This document shows, piece after piece, positions 28,144 through 37,537 of a DNA stretch of 64,000 bases. Position numbers and translations under genes: made by a program. Positions within the stretch are counted from its first letter, which is position 1, and each line of letters opens with the position of its first letter. Under the pieces are notes generated by a model that searched no databases, had not been told where the DNA came from, and saw only the letters and a program-made list of their open reading frames with translations. Origin of the DNA: Bacteroidia bacterium (lineage in GTDB: Bacteria; Bacteroidota; Bacteroidia; SpSt-205); the NCBI GenBank assembly GCA_026003235.1, contig BPGW01000005.1, positions 87,210-151,209 on the forward strand, given 5' to 3'.

Positions 28144-28932
28144 ATGCAAGGCGTAGGGGTAGCTCTGGAACTTCCCGTGCTGTATAGGCGGCTGAGCTGG
28201 GTCTATCCTCTCTTGTTTGAAGAGATTATCGTAAAAAGCCAGCCTCCCCTGCGGGAGATTCTGAGCCGCTACCCCAAAGTCGTGCATGCGATTAGCCATG
28301 CGGGCACGCTGGGCTGGATACCGGCTATTCTGGCGCTGTTGCGGGTGGCCTTACAGGAAGGCGGCCAGGCCCGGAAAGCCCTGGGTGTTTTTCATCGGGG
28401 GCTATACAAGGTGGCGCTGAGCCGATGGATCCTGAAGCAGGTCTTCCAAAGTGCGGAGCCGCCGGTCTTTGCTAAGGTCATTGCGGCTTTCAAGGAAGGC
28501 CCTGTAAACGATGTGGCCCTCTTTCCGGAGGGGGATAACTGCATCCTGGGAGATGTGTATGAGATTCGGCCGTTCCGCTCGCCGAAGTTCATTGAGCTGG
28601 CGCTGGCGGCTGAAGCCCCTATCCTCGTCACCGTACACCGCGGAGCGGAAGAGTGGGGCAAAGACTTTTATGTGCCGAGTTGGATGCTAAGCTGGGTCAA
28701 ACGCTTCCAGCCTGCGTATGTGCGCCCTCTGATGAAGAACCCCATTTTGAATCTGCCTGTACGGCTGACGCGCATTCCGAAGTTCAGCCTGCACGCCTCC
28801 TTGTACTTTCCTCGGCTGGCTTATGCTGACCTAAGCACGCGGCCGCGAGAAAGGTGGTTCCAGCTGCAAAGTGAGGCTCAGCAGGTCAAAAGGCTCATGG
28901 AAGCGCTCCTTCGTGACATGCCCTATGTCTGA
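28144..28932 (+). CDS. Lysophospholipid acyltransferase-like protein
   Basis: ISHAG, ALFPEG, FIELAL...APIL. ATG 28144 is preferred to GTG 28114, which lies inside the hairpin. Confidence 0.55.
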   Translation: MQGVGVALELPVLYRRLSWVYPLLFEEIIVKSQPPLREILSRYPKVVHAISHAGTLGWIPAILALLRVALQEGGQARKALGVFHRGLYKVALSRWILKQVFQSAEPPVFAKVIAAFKEGPVNDVALFPEGDNCILGDVYEIRPFRSPKFIELALAAEAPILVTVHRGAEEWGKDFYVPSWMLSWVKRFQPAYVRPLMKNPILNLPVRLTRIPKFSLHASLYFPRLAYADLSTRPRERWFQLQSEAQQVKRLMEALLRDMPYV

Positions 28933-31486
28933 GACGACAGCTTTGATGGACCAGTACTACGCGCTGAAGGCTAAACATCCTGGCGCGATTTTGCTTTTCC
29001 AGATAGGCGACTTCTACGAAACGTTTGAAGAGGATGCACGCATTGTGTCCAGCGTGTTAGGCATCACCCTTACTTCTCGCAACAATGGCAAGGCGGGGGA
29101 TGTTCCCTTGGCAGGCTTTCCGATCAAGGCCCTGGACACCTACTTGCCCAAACTGCTGGAGGCTGGTTATCGGGTAGCGATTTGCGAGCAGGTTGAGGAC
29201 CCGAAGAAGGCCAAGAAGATAGTGCGCCGGGCGGTGACTGAGGTTGTTTCGTCGGGGGTGTATTGGGGGGCTGAAGCCCCTGCGCTGTACTTGGCGGTGT
29301 TCTGGGCTTATGCGCCTACCGAAGCGGTGGTGCTGCTGGCGGATGTAACGGGCAGTGGGCGGGTCTTTTATCATGCCGGGCCTTTGAACCAAGTGGAGGC
29401 GATGCTGGCGGCGTTTCAGCCGGTAGAGGGCCTGGTCTACCCGGGGCAAGAAAGCCTCTGGAATCAACTCTACAGCGGTAGCACGCGGGTGGAAGCCCTC
29501 CCCGACCTATATTTTGACAAGGAAGGGCTACGGGGGGCCTTTGAGGAAGTGTACGGGTATACCCCGCCTGCGACCCTGCTTCAACAGCCTGCCCCGGTGC
29601 AGGGGGTCCTGGCGGCGTTTCTCCAGCACTTGCGCACTCTGCGGGCAGGCGGGTGGAGCCACCTGAGCTTCCCCCGCGCGCTGCCTGTCGGCAAGGGCTT
29701 TTTCCTGGACCCGGATACCCTGCGGAACCTGGAAGTGCTGGCTCCCCTTCACCCCGAGGGCAAAAGTCTCTTTGATGTGCTGCGCGCCACGGTCACGCCG
29801 ATGGGGACGCGGCTTTTGCGAGCTCGGCTAAGCTTCCCTCTGCGAGACGCGGCCGAAATAGAAAAACGCTTAGACCAGGTAGAGGTGCTTTACAACCATC
29901 TGGAAGGAAGGGCTTCCTGGGAAAAGCTCCTGCGTCAAATAAGCGACATGGAGCGGCGGGTGGCGCGCTTGGCGGCTCGTAAAGCGGCCCCTCGCGACCT
30001 GGCTCAGCTCTACTGGGCCGTCGTAGCGTGCCAAGAACTGGCTACCGCTTTGCCCGCTGGATACCCCCCTTTGGCTGAAGCGTCCCGTCCAGCCCTTCAG
30101 GAAGTGCGCCAGCGCCTGGAAAAGTACCTTCTCCTCTCGTCTGAGCCACCCTACATCGCAGAGAAGCCTGGGGAGGGACAGGTCATCCGCGAAGGCGTGG
30201 ACGAAAAGCTGGACCGGGCTCGGTACCTTTTGCGGCATGCTCAGGAGGAGATTGAGCGGCTGGAGGCCGCTGAGCGCGCCCGCACCGGCATCCCTTCCCT
30301 CAAAATCTCCCTCAATCGGCAGCTGGGCTATGTGATCCAAGTCACGGCGGCGCAGGCCAGCAAAGTGCCTCCGGATTATCGCCTGAGGCAGCAGCTTGCC
30401 CAAGGGGGGGCCCGCTACACCACCAACGCTTTAGACCAGCTCAACCTTGAAATCGCCACCGCAGAGGAAACCATCAGAGAACGCGAGCAGGCCCGTTATC
30501 AGGAGCTCTTGGAGGGGCTCCAGGAGTTTATAGGGCCGCTCAAGGTGTGCGCCCAATGGGCCGCCGAAGTGGATGTGCACCTGGCCTTAGCCACCTTGGC
30601 CCGGCAGTACAACTATGTGCGGCCTCGCTTTACCACCGAACGCCGTATCTTTATCAAAAAGGGCCGGCATCCGGTGATTGAGCGTTTTCTGCCGCCTCAC
30701 CAGCCCTATCAGCCTAACTCCCTTCTTCTCACGCCTTCTCAGCGCATTATGCTGCTGACGGGCCCCAACATGGCCGGCAAGTCGGCCTTCTTGCGCCAAA
30801 ATGCCCTTATCCTCCTCATGGCCCAGATAGGGAGCTTCGTTCCGGCCGAAGAGGTGGAAATTGCCCCGGTGGATCAGATTTTTAGCCGGATTGGCGCCTC
30901 CGATAACCTGGCAGCTGGGCAAAGCACCTTCCTGGTGGAAATGCAAGAAACGGCGCGTATCTTGCACCAAGCCACCGAATACAGCTTTGTGATCCTGGAC
31001 GAGATTGGGCGCGGCACCAGCACTTACGATGGACTGGCTATTGCGTGGGCTGTGTTGGAATACCTGCACCAAGATCGGCACTGTCGGCCCTGGGTGCTTT
31101 TTGCTACGCATTACCACGAGCTGACCGAGCTGGAAAAAGCCCTTCCCGCCTTAGCCAACTACCATCTGGCGGTGGAAAAGCGTGGCGATAAACTGATCTT
31201 CTTACACGAGGTGCGAAAAGGCGCTATGCGACGCAGTTTTGGTATCGCTGTCGCGGAAATGGCCGGCCTACCTCCCACCCTGATAGAAAGAGCCCGTACC
31301 CTCCTACGCCACTTTGAGAAACAGGTGTCTTTCCAGCCCAGCTCAGAACCTACCCTGTTCTCATTGCCTGCCGATGTGGAGGGGGTCTTGCGTCGTCGCC
31401 TCCTTGAACTGGACCCCCAGACCCTCACCCCCATCGAAGCCCTCCTGAAACTCCAAGAGCTGCGTTCCTTAGCCCAACAAACATGA
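28925..31486 (+). CDS. mutS: DNA mismatch repair protein MutS
   Basis: GDFYETF, TGPNMAGKS, STFLVEM, DEIGRGTSTYDG, ATHYHEL. Confidence 0.96.
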   Translation: MSETTALMDQYYALKAKHPGAILLFQIGDFYETFEEDARIVSSVLGITLTSRNNGKAGDVPLAGFPIKALDTYLPKLLEAGYRVAICEQVEDPKKAKKIVRRAVTEVVSSGVYWGAEAPALYLAVFWAYAPTEAVVLLADVTGSGRVFYHAGPLNQVEAMLAAFQPVEGLVYPGQESLWNQLYSGSTRVEALPDLYFDKEGLRGAFEEVYGYTPPATLLQQPAPVQGVLAAFLQHLRTLRAGGWSHLSFPRALPVGKGFFLDPDTLRNLEVLAPLHPEGKSLFDVLRATVTPMGTRLLRARLSFPLRDAAEIEKRLDQVEVLYNHLEGRASWEKLLRQISDMERRVARLAARKAAPRDLAQLYWAVVACQELATALPAGYPPLAEASRPALQEVRQRLEKYLLLSSEPPYIAEKPGEGQVIREGVDEKLDRARYLLRHAQEEIERLEAAERARTGIPSLKISLNRQLGYVIQVTAAQASKVPPDYRLRQQLAQGGARYTTNALDQLNLEIATAEETIREREQARYQELLEGLQEFIGPLKVCAQWAAEVDVHLALATLARQYNYVRPRFTTERRIFIKKGRHPVIERFLPPHQPYQPNSLLLTPSQRIMLLTGPNMAGKSAFLRQNALILLMAQIGSFVPAEEVEIAPVDQIFSRIGASDNLAAGQSTFLVEMQETARILHQATEYSFVILDEIGRGTSTYDGLAIAWAVLEYLHQDRHCRPWVLFATHYHELTELEKALPALANYHLAVEKRGDKLIFLHEVRKGAMRRSFGIAVAEMAGLPPTLIERARTLLRHFEKQVSFQPSSEPTLFSLPADVEGVLRRRLLELDPQTLTPIEALLKLQELRSLAQQT

Positions 31487-32547
31487 AGCGCCTTGACCGA
31501 TACGTCCTACGCTCCTTTCTGGTGAGTTTTTTAGGCAGCCTGGCCCTTCTTGTGGTGGTGCTCATAGCCATAGACGTAGCCGAAAAAATAGATGACTTTG
31601 TAGAGAAAAAGGTCCCCTTCACAGCGTTGGTTCGCTACTACCAGAACTTCATCCCTTTTTATGCAAATCTCCTTTCACCGCTCATGATCTTTCTGTCGGT
31701 TTTGTTTTTTACTGGCCGGTGGGCGCAGCGCTCAGAAATAGTAGCCTTGCTGGCCAGCGGGGTCAGCTTCTGGCGGATCTTGAGGCCTTATCTGATGATA
31801 GCGGCTTTTTTCAGTGTGGTGAGTGCCTTCCTCCAGTTTTTTGTTATCCCCCGCAATGTGCGTCGTATTGAGGAGTTTGAGTATAAGTACATCAAGAATC
31901 GGGTTTACTTTGATCAGCGCCAGGTGCATGTGAAGCTTGCCGTGGACAGCTACTTTTTTGTGCGAGCTTTTGACAAATTTGATAAAGTGGGGTTCTGGGC
32001 TGTGATTGAACGGTATGCGGGCCCTCTTCTGACCGAGCGCTATGTGGCTGAAGAGGTGCAATGGCTGGCCCCGCAGAAGGCTTGGAGGTTTGTGCGGGTA
32101 TGGCATTTTGAGCCGGATCGCCGCCCCCGCTATCAGGCTCAGCTGGATACGATTTTACCCCTTTCGCCAGAGGATATCATTCGTTCGGAGCTCTACACAC
32201 GCACCATGAATTTGCCTGAACTCTGGAAGGAGTACCAGCGCCAGCGATATGTAGGCGGGGACATAGCAAGCCTGTTGGAGATGGAGCTGCATGAGCGGGC
32301 GGCGATTCCGTTAGCGTCGGTGATTTTGACGGCGTTGGGTTTTGCTTCGGCTTCTCGCAAGCGGCGAGGGGGTGTAGCCTGGCAAATCGGGCTGGGGCTG
32401 GTGCTGGCCTTTGTGTATGTGTTTCTGTTGGTAATCGCCAAGAGCGCTTTGTCGGGCAAGAGTGGGTGGGCTTGGGTAGGGGTCTGGCTGCCAAACTTCC
32501 TTTTTACGGCCGTAGCAGGGCTGTGGTTGTGGCGGGTGCCTAAGTGA
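31483..32547 (+). CDS. LptF/LptG family LPS export permease
   Basis: LDRYVLRSF, SEIVALLASGVS, 3+3 TM layout, C-terminal WLPN. Confidence 0.88.
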   Translation: MKRLDRYVLRSFLVSFLGSLALLVVVLIAIDVAEKIDDFVEKKVPFTALVRYYQNFIPFYANLLSPLMIFLSVLFFTGRWAQRSEIVALLASGVSFWRILRPYLMIAAFFSVVSAFLQFFVIPRNVRRIEEFEYKYIKNRVYFDQRQVHVKLAVDSYFFVRAFDKFDKVGFWAVIERYAGPLLTERYVAEEVQWLAPQKAWRFVRVWHFEPDRRPRYQAQLDTILPLSPEDIIRSELYTRTMNLPELWKEYQRQRYVGGDIASLLEMELHERAAIPLASVILTALGFASASRKRRGGVAWQIGLGLVLAFVYVFLLVIAKSALSGKSGWAWVGVWLPNFLFTAVAGLWLWRVPK

Positions 32548-33088
32548 AAAGCCGAGCGTACGAAATACCGCTTACCAGTCCAAAAAGCAGTCCGCGTCCT
32601 ACTTCGGCCTTGGTGTGGGCTCCCTGGTGAAGGCGAAGGGCACCCACCGCTATGGCCAGGGCCGCAAGGAGGAGAAAGGCCCCAGGGTAGTGCCTTACAT
32701 AGCCGGCGTAAAACCCCGTGAGCGCAGCCCAACCGTAAGCATGGAAGGAATATTCCCACCGCCAGTGCACGAGGAAAGCCCCGAAGGCTACCCATAGCAA
32801 AAAACTCAGCCAGAAATGAAGTACAAGTTCGGCGGTAGCGGCCCATAGCCCCGCAATTACAAGGAGGTTCCATAAGAGCAGGAATCGGCGTGTGGAACCC
32901 AAGAGAAGGAGGATGTCAAGGGGGGTAGTTTGGAGCCAGAAGTACAGCATGCCTCCTACGCCCACTAAGAGGCCCCAAGCGGCGACGAGCCAGGCCCCCT
33001 GCCATTGGCTCCAATAAGAGATCCAGGCCGCCTCAAGGAGGGCGGGATGCGTCAAGAGAGCCAGCGCCGCCAGCGCCTTTTTCACCAT
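32540..33088 (-). CDS. Membrane protein, PAP2-like
   Basis: Hydrophobic. SFHA and RLHQGAHT resemble PAP2 motifs 2 and 3. Confidence 0.55.
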   Translation of the reverse strand: MVKKALAALALLTHPALLEAAWISYWSQWQGAWLVAAWGLLVGVGGMLYFWLQTTPLDILLLLGSTRRFLLLWNLLVIAGLWAATAELVLHFWLSFLLWVAFGAFLVHWRWEYSFHAYGWAALTGFYAGYVRHYPGAFLLLAALAIAVGALRLHQGAHTKAEVGRGLLFGLVSGISYARLFT

Positions 33089-33540
33089 TGAACCAGCAGG
33101 AGTAGCCCTCCTGGGGCCGGTCCCGCATAGAGGTAGAAGCCCTTCAGGTGGGCATCCGCGTAGGCTTCTCCGGCCTGCAAGCCGTACAACACAAAAAAGG
33201 CCAGCAAAAACACATCCCGCTCTTTTCGGTAGCTTTCCCGCAAAAAGCGGAGGTTTTCTGGCGGCAGGGGTAAGGGGGAGGCGCCGGTAGCAAGCGCTTC
33301 TCGGTAGGCGCTGCGGTAGTAGAGGTAACGCTGGTGGCTGGAGTAAGCGAGCGCGCCGGTCAAACCCAGCGCTCCCCACACCAGGGGAGCTTTCCAATAA
33401 GCTCGGTTGTAGATTTGGCCAGCCCCAGGCAAAAGGACACTAAGCCACAGAGCTGTACGAGGGTTAGGCAGAGAGACCGAGTCTCTCTCTTGAGAGAAGG
33501 CTATGGCACTTAGCCCTGCAAGCCACCACCATCGCTGCAT
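33082..33540 (-). CDS. DUF5683-like protein
   Basis: PRTALWLSVLLPGAGQIYNRAYWKAP, C-terminal AYADAHL. Confidence 0.75.
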   Translation of the reverse strand: MQRWWWLAGLSAIAFSQERDSVSLPNPRTALWLSVLLPGAGQIYNRAYWKAPLVWGALGLTGALAYSSHQRYLYYRSAYREALATGASPLPLPPENLRFLRESYRKERDVFLLAFFVLYGLQAGEAYADAHLKGFYLYAGPAPGGLLLLVQW

Positions 33541-33542
33541 TT

Positions 33543-33567
33543 TATTTTTGGCCGCATGACAAAAGTA
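33543..33567. promoter_or_regulatory. Interleaved divergent -7 elements (+ TATTTTTG 33543-33550; - TACTTTTG 33560-33567)
   Basis: Only 15 nt separate the two divergent ATGs. Both elements match TAnnTTTG exactly. Confidence 0.5.
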
Positions 33568-34713
33568 CGGGTTCTGCGTCTTATCAGTCGGCTCAATGTG
33601 GGGGGGCCAGCGCACCAGGCGCTTTTGCTCACGCGCGATTTGGATCCGACTCGCTACGAGAGCTGGCTCTTGGCAGGGCAGGAGCCCGCCGGCGAAGCGC
33701 GCGCCGTGGCCTGGATCGAGGCGTATGGGGTGCCTGTGTCCTACGTGCCTTTTTTGGAGCGAGAGCCTTCCTGGTACAAAGACCTACGGGCCCTCCTGTA
33801 CTTGTGGCGTTTCATGCGCCAGAAGCGCCCTCACCTTGTGCACACCCATACGGCGAAAGCTGGAGCGTTGGGCCGGCTGGCGGCTTGGCTGGCGGGCGTC
33901 CCTGTGCGCATCCACACCTTCCATGGGCATTCCCTGGAGGGGTACTTCTCGCCCTGGAAGTCCTGGCTCTATCGCCAAATTGAGGCTTTCCTGGCTCGCC
34001 TTACGCACCGTATCATAGCCCTTAGCGAGCGCCAGAAGCAGGACCTGGTGGAGCGCTTTCGCATAGCCCCTCCGGACAAAGTCGTGGTGATTCCCTTGGG
34101 GTTTGAGTTGGAGCGGCTGGATCGGTACGACCCCCACCAAGTTGCTGCCTTCCGTTCTACCTGGCAGGGTCAGGAAGAGGGGGCTCTCCTTCTGGGGTGG
34201 ATTGGGCGGATGGTACCCATCAAGCGCGTGGATAGGCTTCTCAAGGCTTTTGCGCAGGTAAGGGCTGCAGGGATGCGGGTTCGGCTCGTGCTGGTTGGGG
34301 ATGGCCCCGAACGGCCAGCCCTGGAAGCTTTAGCCCAAACCCTGAAGCTTGGCAAAGCGGTCGTATGGGCCGGCCTGCAATGGGATATCGCTTCTGTGCT
34401 ACGGGCCTTGGATGCGGTGGTGCTCACCTCGGACAACGAAGGCACCCCCGTCACGCTGATTGAGGCGCTTGCGTGTGGCGTTCCCGTAGCTGCCACGCCG
34501 GTAGGGGGGGTTCCCGATGTGCTGGAACAGGGAAAATGGGGCCTGTTGCTCACCGAACCCCTGGAGCAAAGCCTGCGGGCTTTCCTTGAGGGGCTGCCTC
34601 AAGCTCAAAGGCAGGCGCAGGCCGCCCAACCTTACATTCGTCAGCGATACGGAGCTACCCGCCTTCTTCAAGATATTGATAAGCTTTACCGTTCCTTGGC
34701 ACCTGGGTTTTGA
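33556..34713 (+). CDS. GT4 family glycosyltransferase
   Basis: RLNVGGPA, HTHTAKAG, GRMVPIK, NEGTPVTLIEA. Confidence 0.92.
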   Translation: MTKVRVLRLISRLNVGGPAHQALLLTRDLDPTRYESWLLAGQEPAGEARAVAWIEAYGVPVSYVPFLEREPSWYKDLRALLYLWRFMRQKRPHLVHTHTAKAGALGRLAAWLAGVPVRIHTFHGHSLEGYFSPWKSWLYRQIEAFLARLTHRIIALSERQKQDLVERFRIAPPDKVVVIPLGFELERLDRYDPHQVAAFRSTWQGQEEGALLLGWIGRMVPIKRVDRLLKAFAQVRAAGMRVRLVLVGDGPERPALEALAQTLKLGKAVVWAGLQWDIASVLRALDAVVLTSDNEGTPVTLIEALACGVPVAATPVGGVPDVLEQGKWGLLLTEPLEQSLRAFLEGLPQAQRQAQAAQPYIRQRYGATRLLQDIDKLYRSLAPGF

Positions 34714-34728
34714 GCGTACTTTTGCGCT

Positions 34729-36132
34729 ATGGCTCCGATTCGTTTTGGCACGGATGGGTGGCGAGCGGTGATAGGGCGGGACTTCACTTTTGCGGGCCTT
34801 AGCCGTATCGTGGAGGGCACGGCGCGCTGGCTCTTACAGAAGTACCCCCACCCCAAGGTGATGATAGGGTATGATTGCCGCTTCATGGCGGGGCGGTTTG
34901 CCGCGGCCGCAGCCCAGCACCTGGCCCACCGAGGCATAAAAGTGTATATCAGCCCTTCTTTTGTCACGACGCCTATGGTCTCGCTGGCTACGGTGCAGCA
35001 CCAGAGCCATCTGGGCGTGGTGCTCACGGCTTCGCACAACCCGCCGGAATACCTGGGATATAAACTCAAAGCTCCCTATGGGGGACCGGCGCCCGTTTCT
35101 ATCCTACAAGAAATTGAAGCCCTTATCCCCGAAGAACCCATAGACCTGCCCGAAGCCTGGGAAGCTTTTCTGGAACGGCGCCAAATTGAGATCTACGACA
35201 TGGAAGCGCTCTACGCCAACTACATCAAAGGGCGCTTTGACCTCAAAGCTCTGGCCGCCCTTCCCTATCGCATAGGGTTTGATGCGATGTATGGGGCTGG
35301 CCAGCGGATTTTTCCGCGTCTCTTGCCAGGGCTGTATACCTTTCGCTGCGAATACAACCCCAGCTTCGGCGGGGTGAATCCCGAACCTATACCCAAAAAC
35401 CTGGGTGACTTTGCGCGCTTTGTGCAGGAGAAGGGCCTTGACTTTGGGTTTGTGCTGGATGGAGATGCTGACCGGATAGGTATGCTGGGTTCGGGAGGGC
35501 GGTATATAGATGCTCATCACCTTATTCTGCTGGTTTTGCACTACCTGGTTCGGTATCGGGGTGAGCGTGGGCGGGTTATTTTGAGCCTGAGCTGTGCGGT
35601 AAGGGTGGGAGAATACGCCAGGCAAGCAGGCCTGCCTGTGGAAATCACGCCTGTCGGCTTCAAGTACATTGCGCAGCGCATGCAAGAAGCCCCCGATACC
35701 CTTCTCGGGGCCGAAGAGTCCGGCGGCATCGCTATCCCCTCCCACCTGCCTGAACGGGATGGGATCTTCATCGCTCTGTTGATTCTGGATATGCTTCGCC
35801 AGACCGGCAAGTCGCTTGACCAGCTTATTGAAGAGATTTACGACATGGTGGGGCCCTTTGCGGTGGATCGGCTGGATTGGCCGGTAGCGGACGAACGCAA
35901 AGCGGCTATTTTGCGCCTGCTTCGTGAGGCGCCACCGTCTACTTTTGCTGGCCGTACTGTGGTCAAGGTAGATGCCACCGATGGGTATAAGCTGCTCCTT
36001 GAGGAAGGGGAAGCGGTGATGTTCCGAGCTTCGGGTACGGAGCCGATTCTGCGCATCTACACCGAGGCCTCTACGGCACAGCGGGCACGGGAGCTTATCA
36101 CCGCCGGGCAAGAGCTGGTCATGCGCGCCTGA
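34729..36132 (+). CDS. Phosphoglucomutase/phosphomannomutase family protein
   Basis: FGTDGWR, TASHNP, DGDADR, EESGG, RASGTEP. TACTTTTG lies 4 nt before the ATG. Confidence 0.93.
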   Translation: MAPIRFGTDGWRAVIGRDFTFAGLSRIVEGTARWLLQKYPHPKVMIGYDCRFMAGRFAAAAAQHLAHRGIKVYISPSFVTTPMVSLATVQHQSHLGVVLTASHNPPEYLGYKLKAPYGGPAPVSILQEIEALIPEEPIDLPEAWEAFLERRQIEIYDMEALYANYIKGRFDLKALAALPYRIGFDAMYGAGQRIFPRLLPGLYTFRCEYNPSFGGVNPEPIPKNLGDFARFVQEKGLDFGFVLDGDADRIGMLGSGGRYIDAHHLILLVLHYLVRYRGERGRVILSLSCAVRVGEYARQAGLPVEITPVGFKYIAQRMQEAPDTLLGAEESGGIAIPSHLPERDGIFIALLILDMLRQTGKSLDQLIEEIYDMVGPFAVDRLDWPVADERKAAILRLLREAPPSTFAGRTVVKVDATDGYKLLLEEGEAVMFRASGTEPILRIYTEASTAQRARELITAGQELVMRA

Positions 36133-36135
36133 AGC

Positions 36136-36750
36136 ATGAAGATCGTTTGTGTGGCCCGCAATTACGCCTTGCACGCGCAGGAGATGGGCACCCCGCCACC
36201 CCAGCGCCCCGTGTTTTTTCTCAAGCCCTCTACGGCGTGGGCGGCTTCGGGAGAAATTCCTTATCCGTCTTTTTCTGAACGGCTGGAGTATGAGGTGGAG
36301 CTGGTGTTTCGCCTCAGTCGGGGAGGGCGGCCTCGCTACGTGGAAGAGGCTCTTTCGTTCTGCGATGCGATCACGGTAGGGATAGATTTTACGGCGCGAG
36401 ACTTGCAGGCGCAGCTCAAGGCTCAGGGTTTGCCCTGGGAAATGGCCAAAGCTTTTGATGGGTCTGCTTGGTGGGGGGCTTGGCTCCCCATTCCCCCTGA
36501 CTGGCCAAGCCGGCCCTTCCGCCTTTACCGAGGCTCGCACCTCCTGCAGGAAGGGCGAGGGCAGGATATGCTTTTTCCCCTGGCTCAGCTTCTTATGGAA
36601 GCTGGACGATACTTTAGCTGGGAACCGGGCGATGTGCTTTTTACGGGCACCCCTCCGGGCGTCGGGCCTGTGGCCCCAGGCGACGCCCTACAGGTTTATT
36701 TCGATCAGCTCTGCTTAGGAGAGGTCTGGATAGTAAGCTCCCGCTTCTGA
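36136..36750 (+). CDS. Fumarylacetoacetate hydrolase family protein
   Basis: RNYALH, FLKP, YEVEL, DFTARDLQ, AKAFD, TGTPPGVG. Confidence 0.92.
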   Translation: MKIVCVARNYALHAQEMGTPPPQRPVFFLKPSTAWAASGEIPYPSFSERLEYEVELVFRLSRGGRPRYVEEALSFCDAITVGIDFTARDLQAQLKAQGLPWEMAKAFDGSAWWGAWLPIPPDWPSRPFRLYRGSHLLQEGRGQDMLFPLAQLLMEAGRYFSWEPGDVLFTGTPPGVGPVAPGDALQVYFDQLCLGEVWIVSSRF

Positions 36751-36801
36751 AGCCAGAAAGTAGGAGACAGATAGGCTCAGGCGCGCTGGACGGGGCGGGC
36801 T

Positions 36802-37494
36802 TTAGGACTGGGTTTTGAGCGTTTCCGGCTCTGGCACGAAGCGGTACCCGACCCCCTTGAGCGTCTCAATGTATTCGCTGCCGATTTTTTCCCGCAGCTT
36901 GCGGATATGCACGTCCACGGTCCGTGGGATCACATACGTATCTGTCCCCCAAACTCGGTCCAGGAGCGCGTCTCGGGAAAAGTACTTGTAGGGGCGGCTG
37001 GCTAAGACAAAAAGCACCTCAAACTCTTTTTTGGAGAGCGGGATGACCTGCCCTTGTTTGTGTACAGCGAATTCGTCGGGTACGATTTCCAGGCCAGGGA
37101 ATTGGAGTTTTTGCAGGGGGGCAGCTCGGCGAGAGAGGGCCTTCAGGCGGCTGATCAGGGCTTTAGGGCGAATGGGCTTGACTAAAAAATCGTCGGCTCC
37201 CGCCTCAAAGCCGGCCATTTCGGCGTATTCCTCTGAGCGAGCCGTAAGGAAGATGATGTGACTTTCCCGAGTCTCGGGGAGCTTGCGCAGCTGGCGGCAC
37301 ACTTCCAAGCCATCCATGCCCGGCATCATGATGTCCAGCAGGATTAGGCTGGGCTGGTGGACGCGGGCCAGCTCAAGCGCCTTCTGACCGTCTTCGGCAG
37401 TCAGGGGTTCGTATCCTTCTTGCCGGAGGTTGTACGCTAAGACCTCTAAGACATCTGGCTCGTCGTCCACTATGAGCACCTTGCGGTTGATCAT
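36802..37494 (-). CDS. OmpR/PhoB-family response regulator
   Basis: IVDDE, LLDIMMP, FLTA, RTVDVHIRKLREK, GVGYRF. Confidence 0.93.
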   Translation of the reverse strand: MINRKVLIVDDEPDVLEVLAYNLRQEGYEPLTAEDGQKALELARVHQPSLILLDIMMPGMDGLEVCRQLRKLPETRESHIIFLTARSEEYAEMAGFEAGADDFLVKPIRPKALISRLKALSRRAAPLQKLQFPGLEIVPDEFAVHKQGQVIPLSKKEFEVLFVLASRPYKYFSRDALLDRVWGTDTYVIPRTVDVHIRKLREKIGSEYIETLKGVGYRFVPEPETLKTQS

Positions 37495-37537
37495 CTGCGC
37501 AAGGCTAAAGAGACTATGTAAACTCTAAGTGAAGGGA

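Noticed and set aside
35104-36540. 478-aa minus-strand ORF
   Set aside because: Antisense shadow of the phosphomannomutase and FAH genes.
37495-37537. Pho-box-like repeats upstream of the response regulator
   Set aside because: Only one TTTACA half-site, with no convincing 11-nt periodic repeat.
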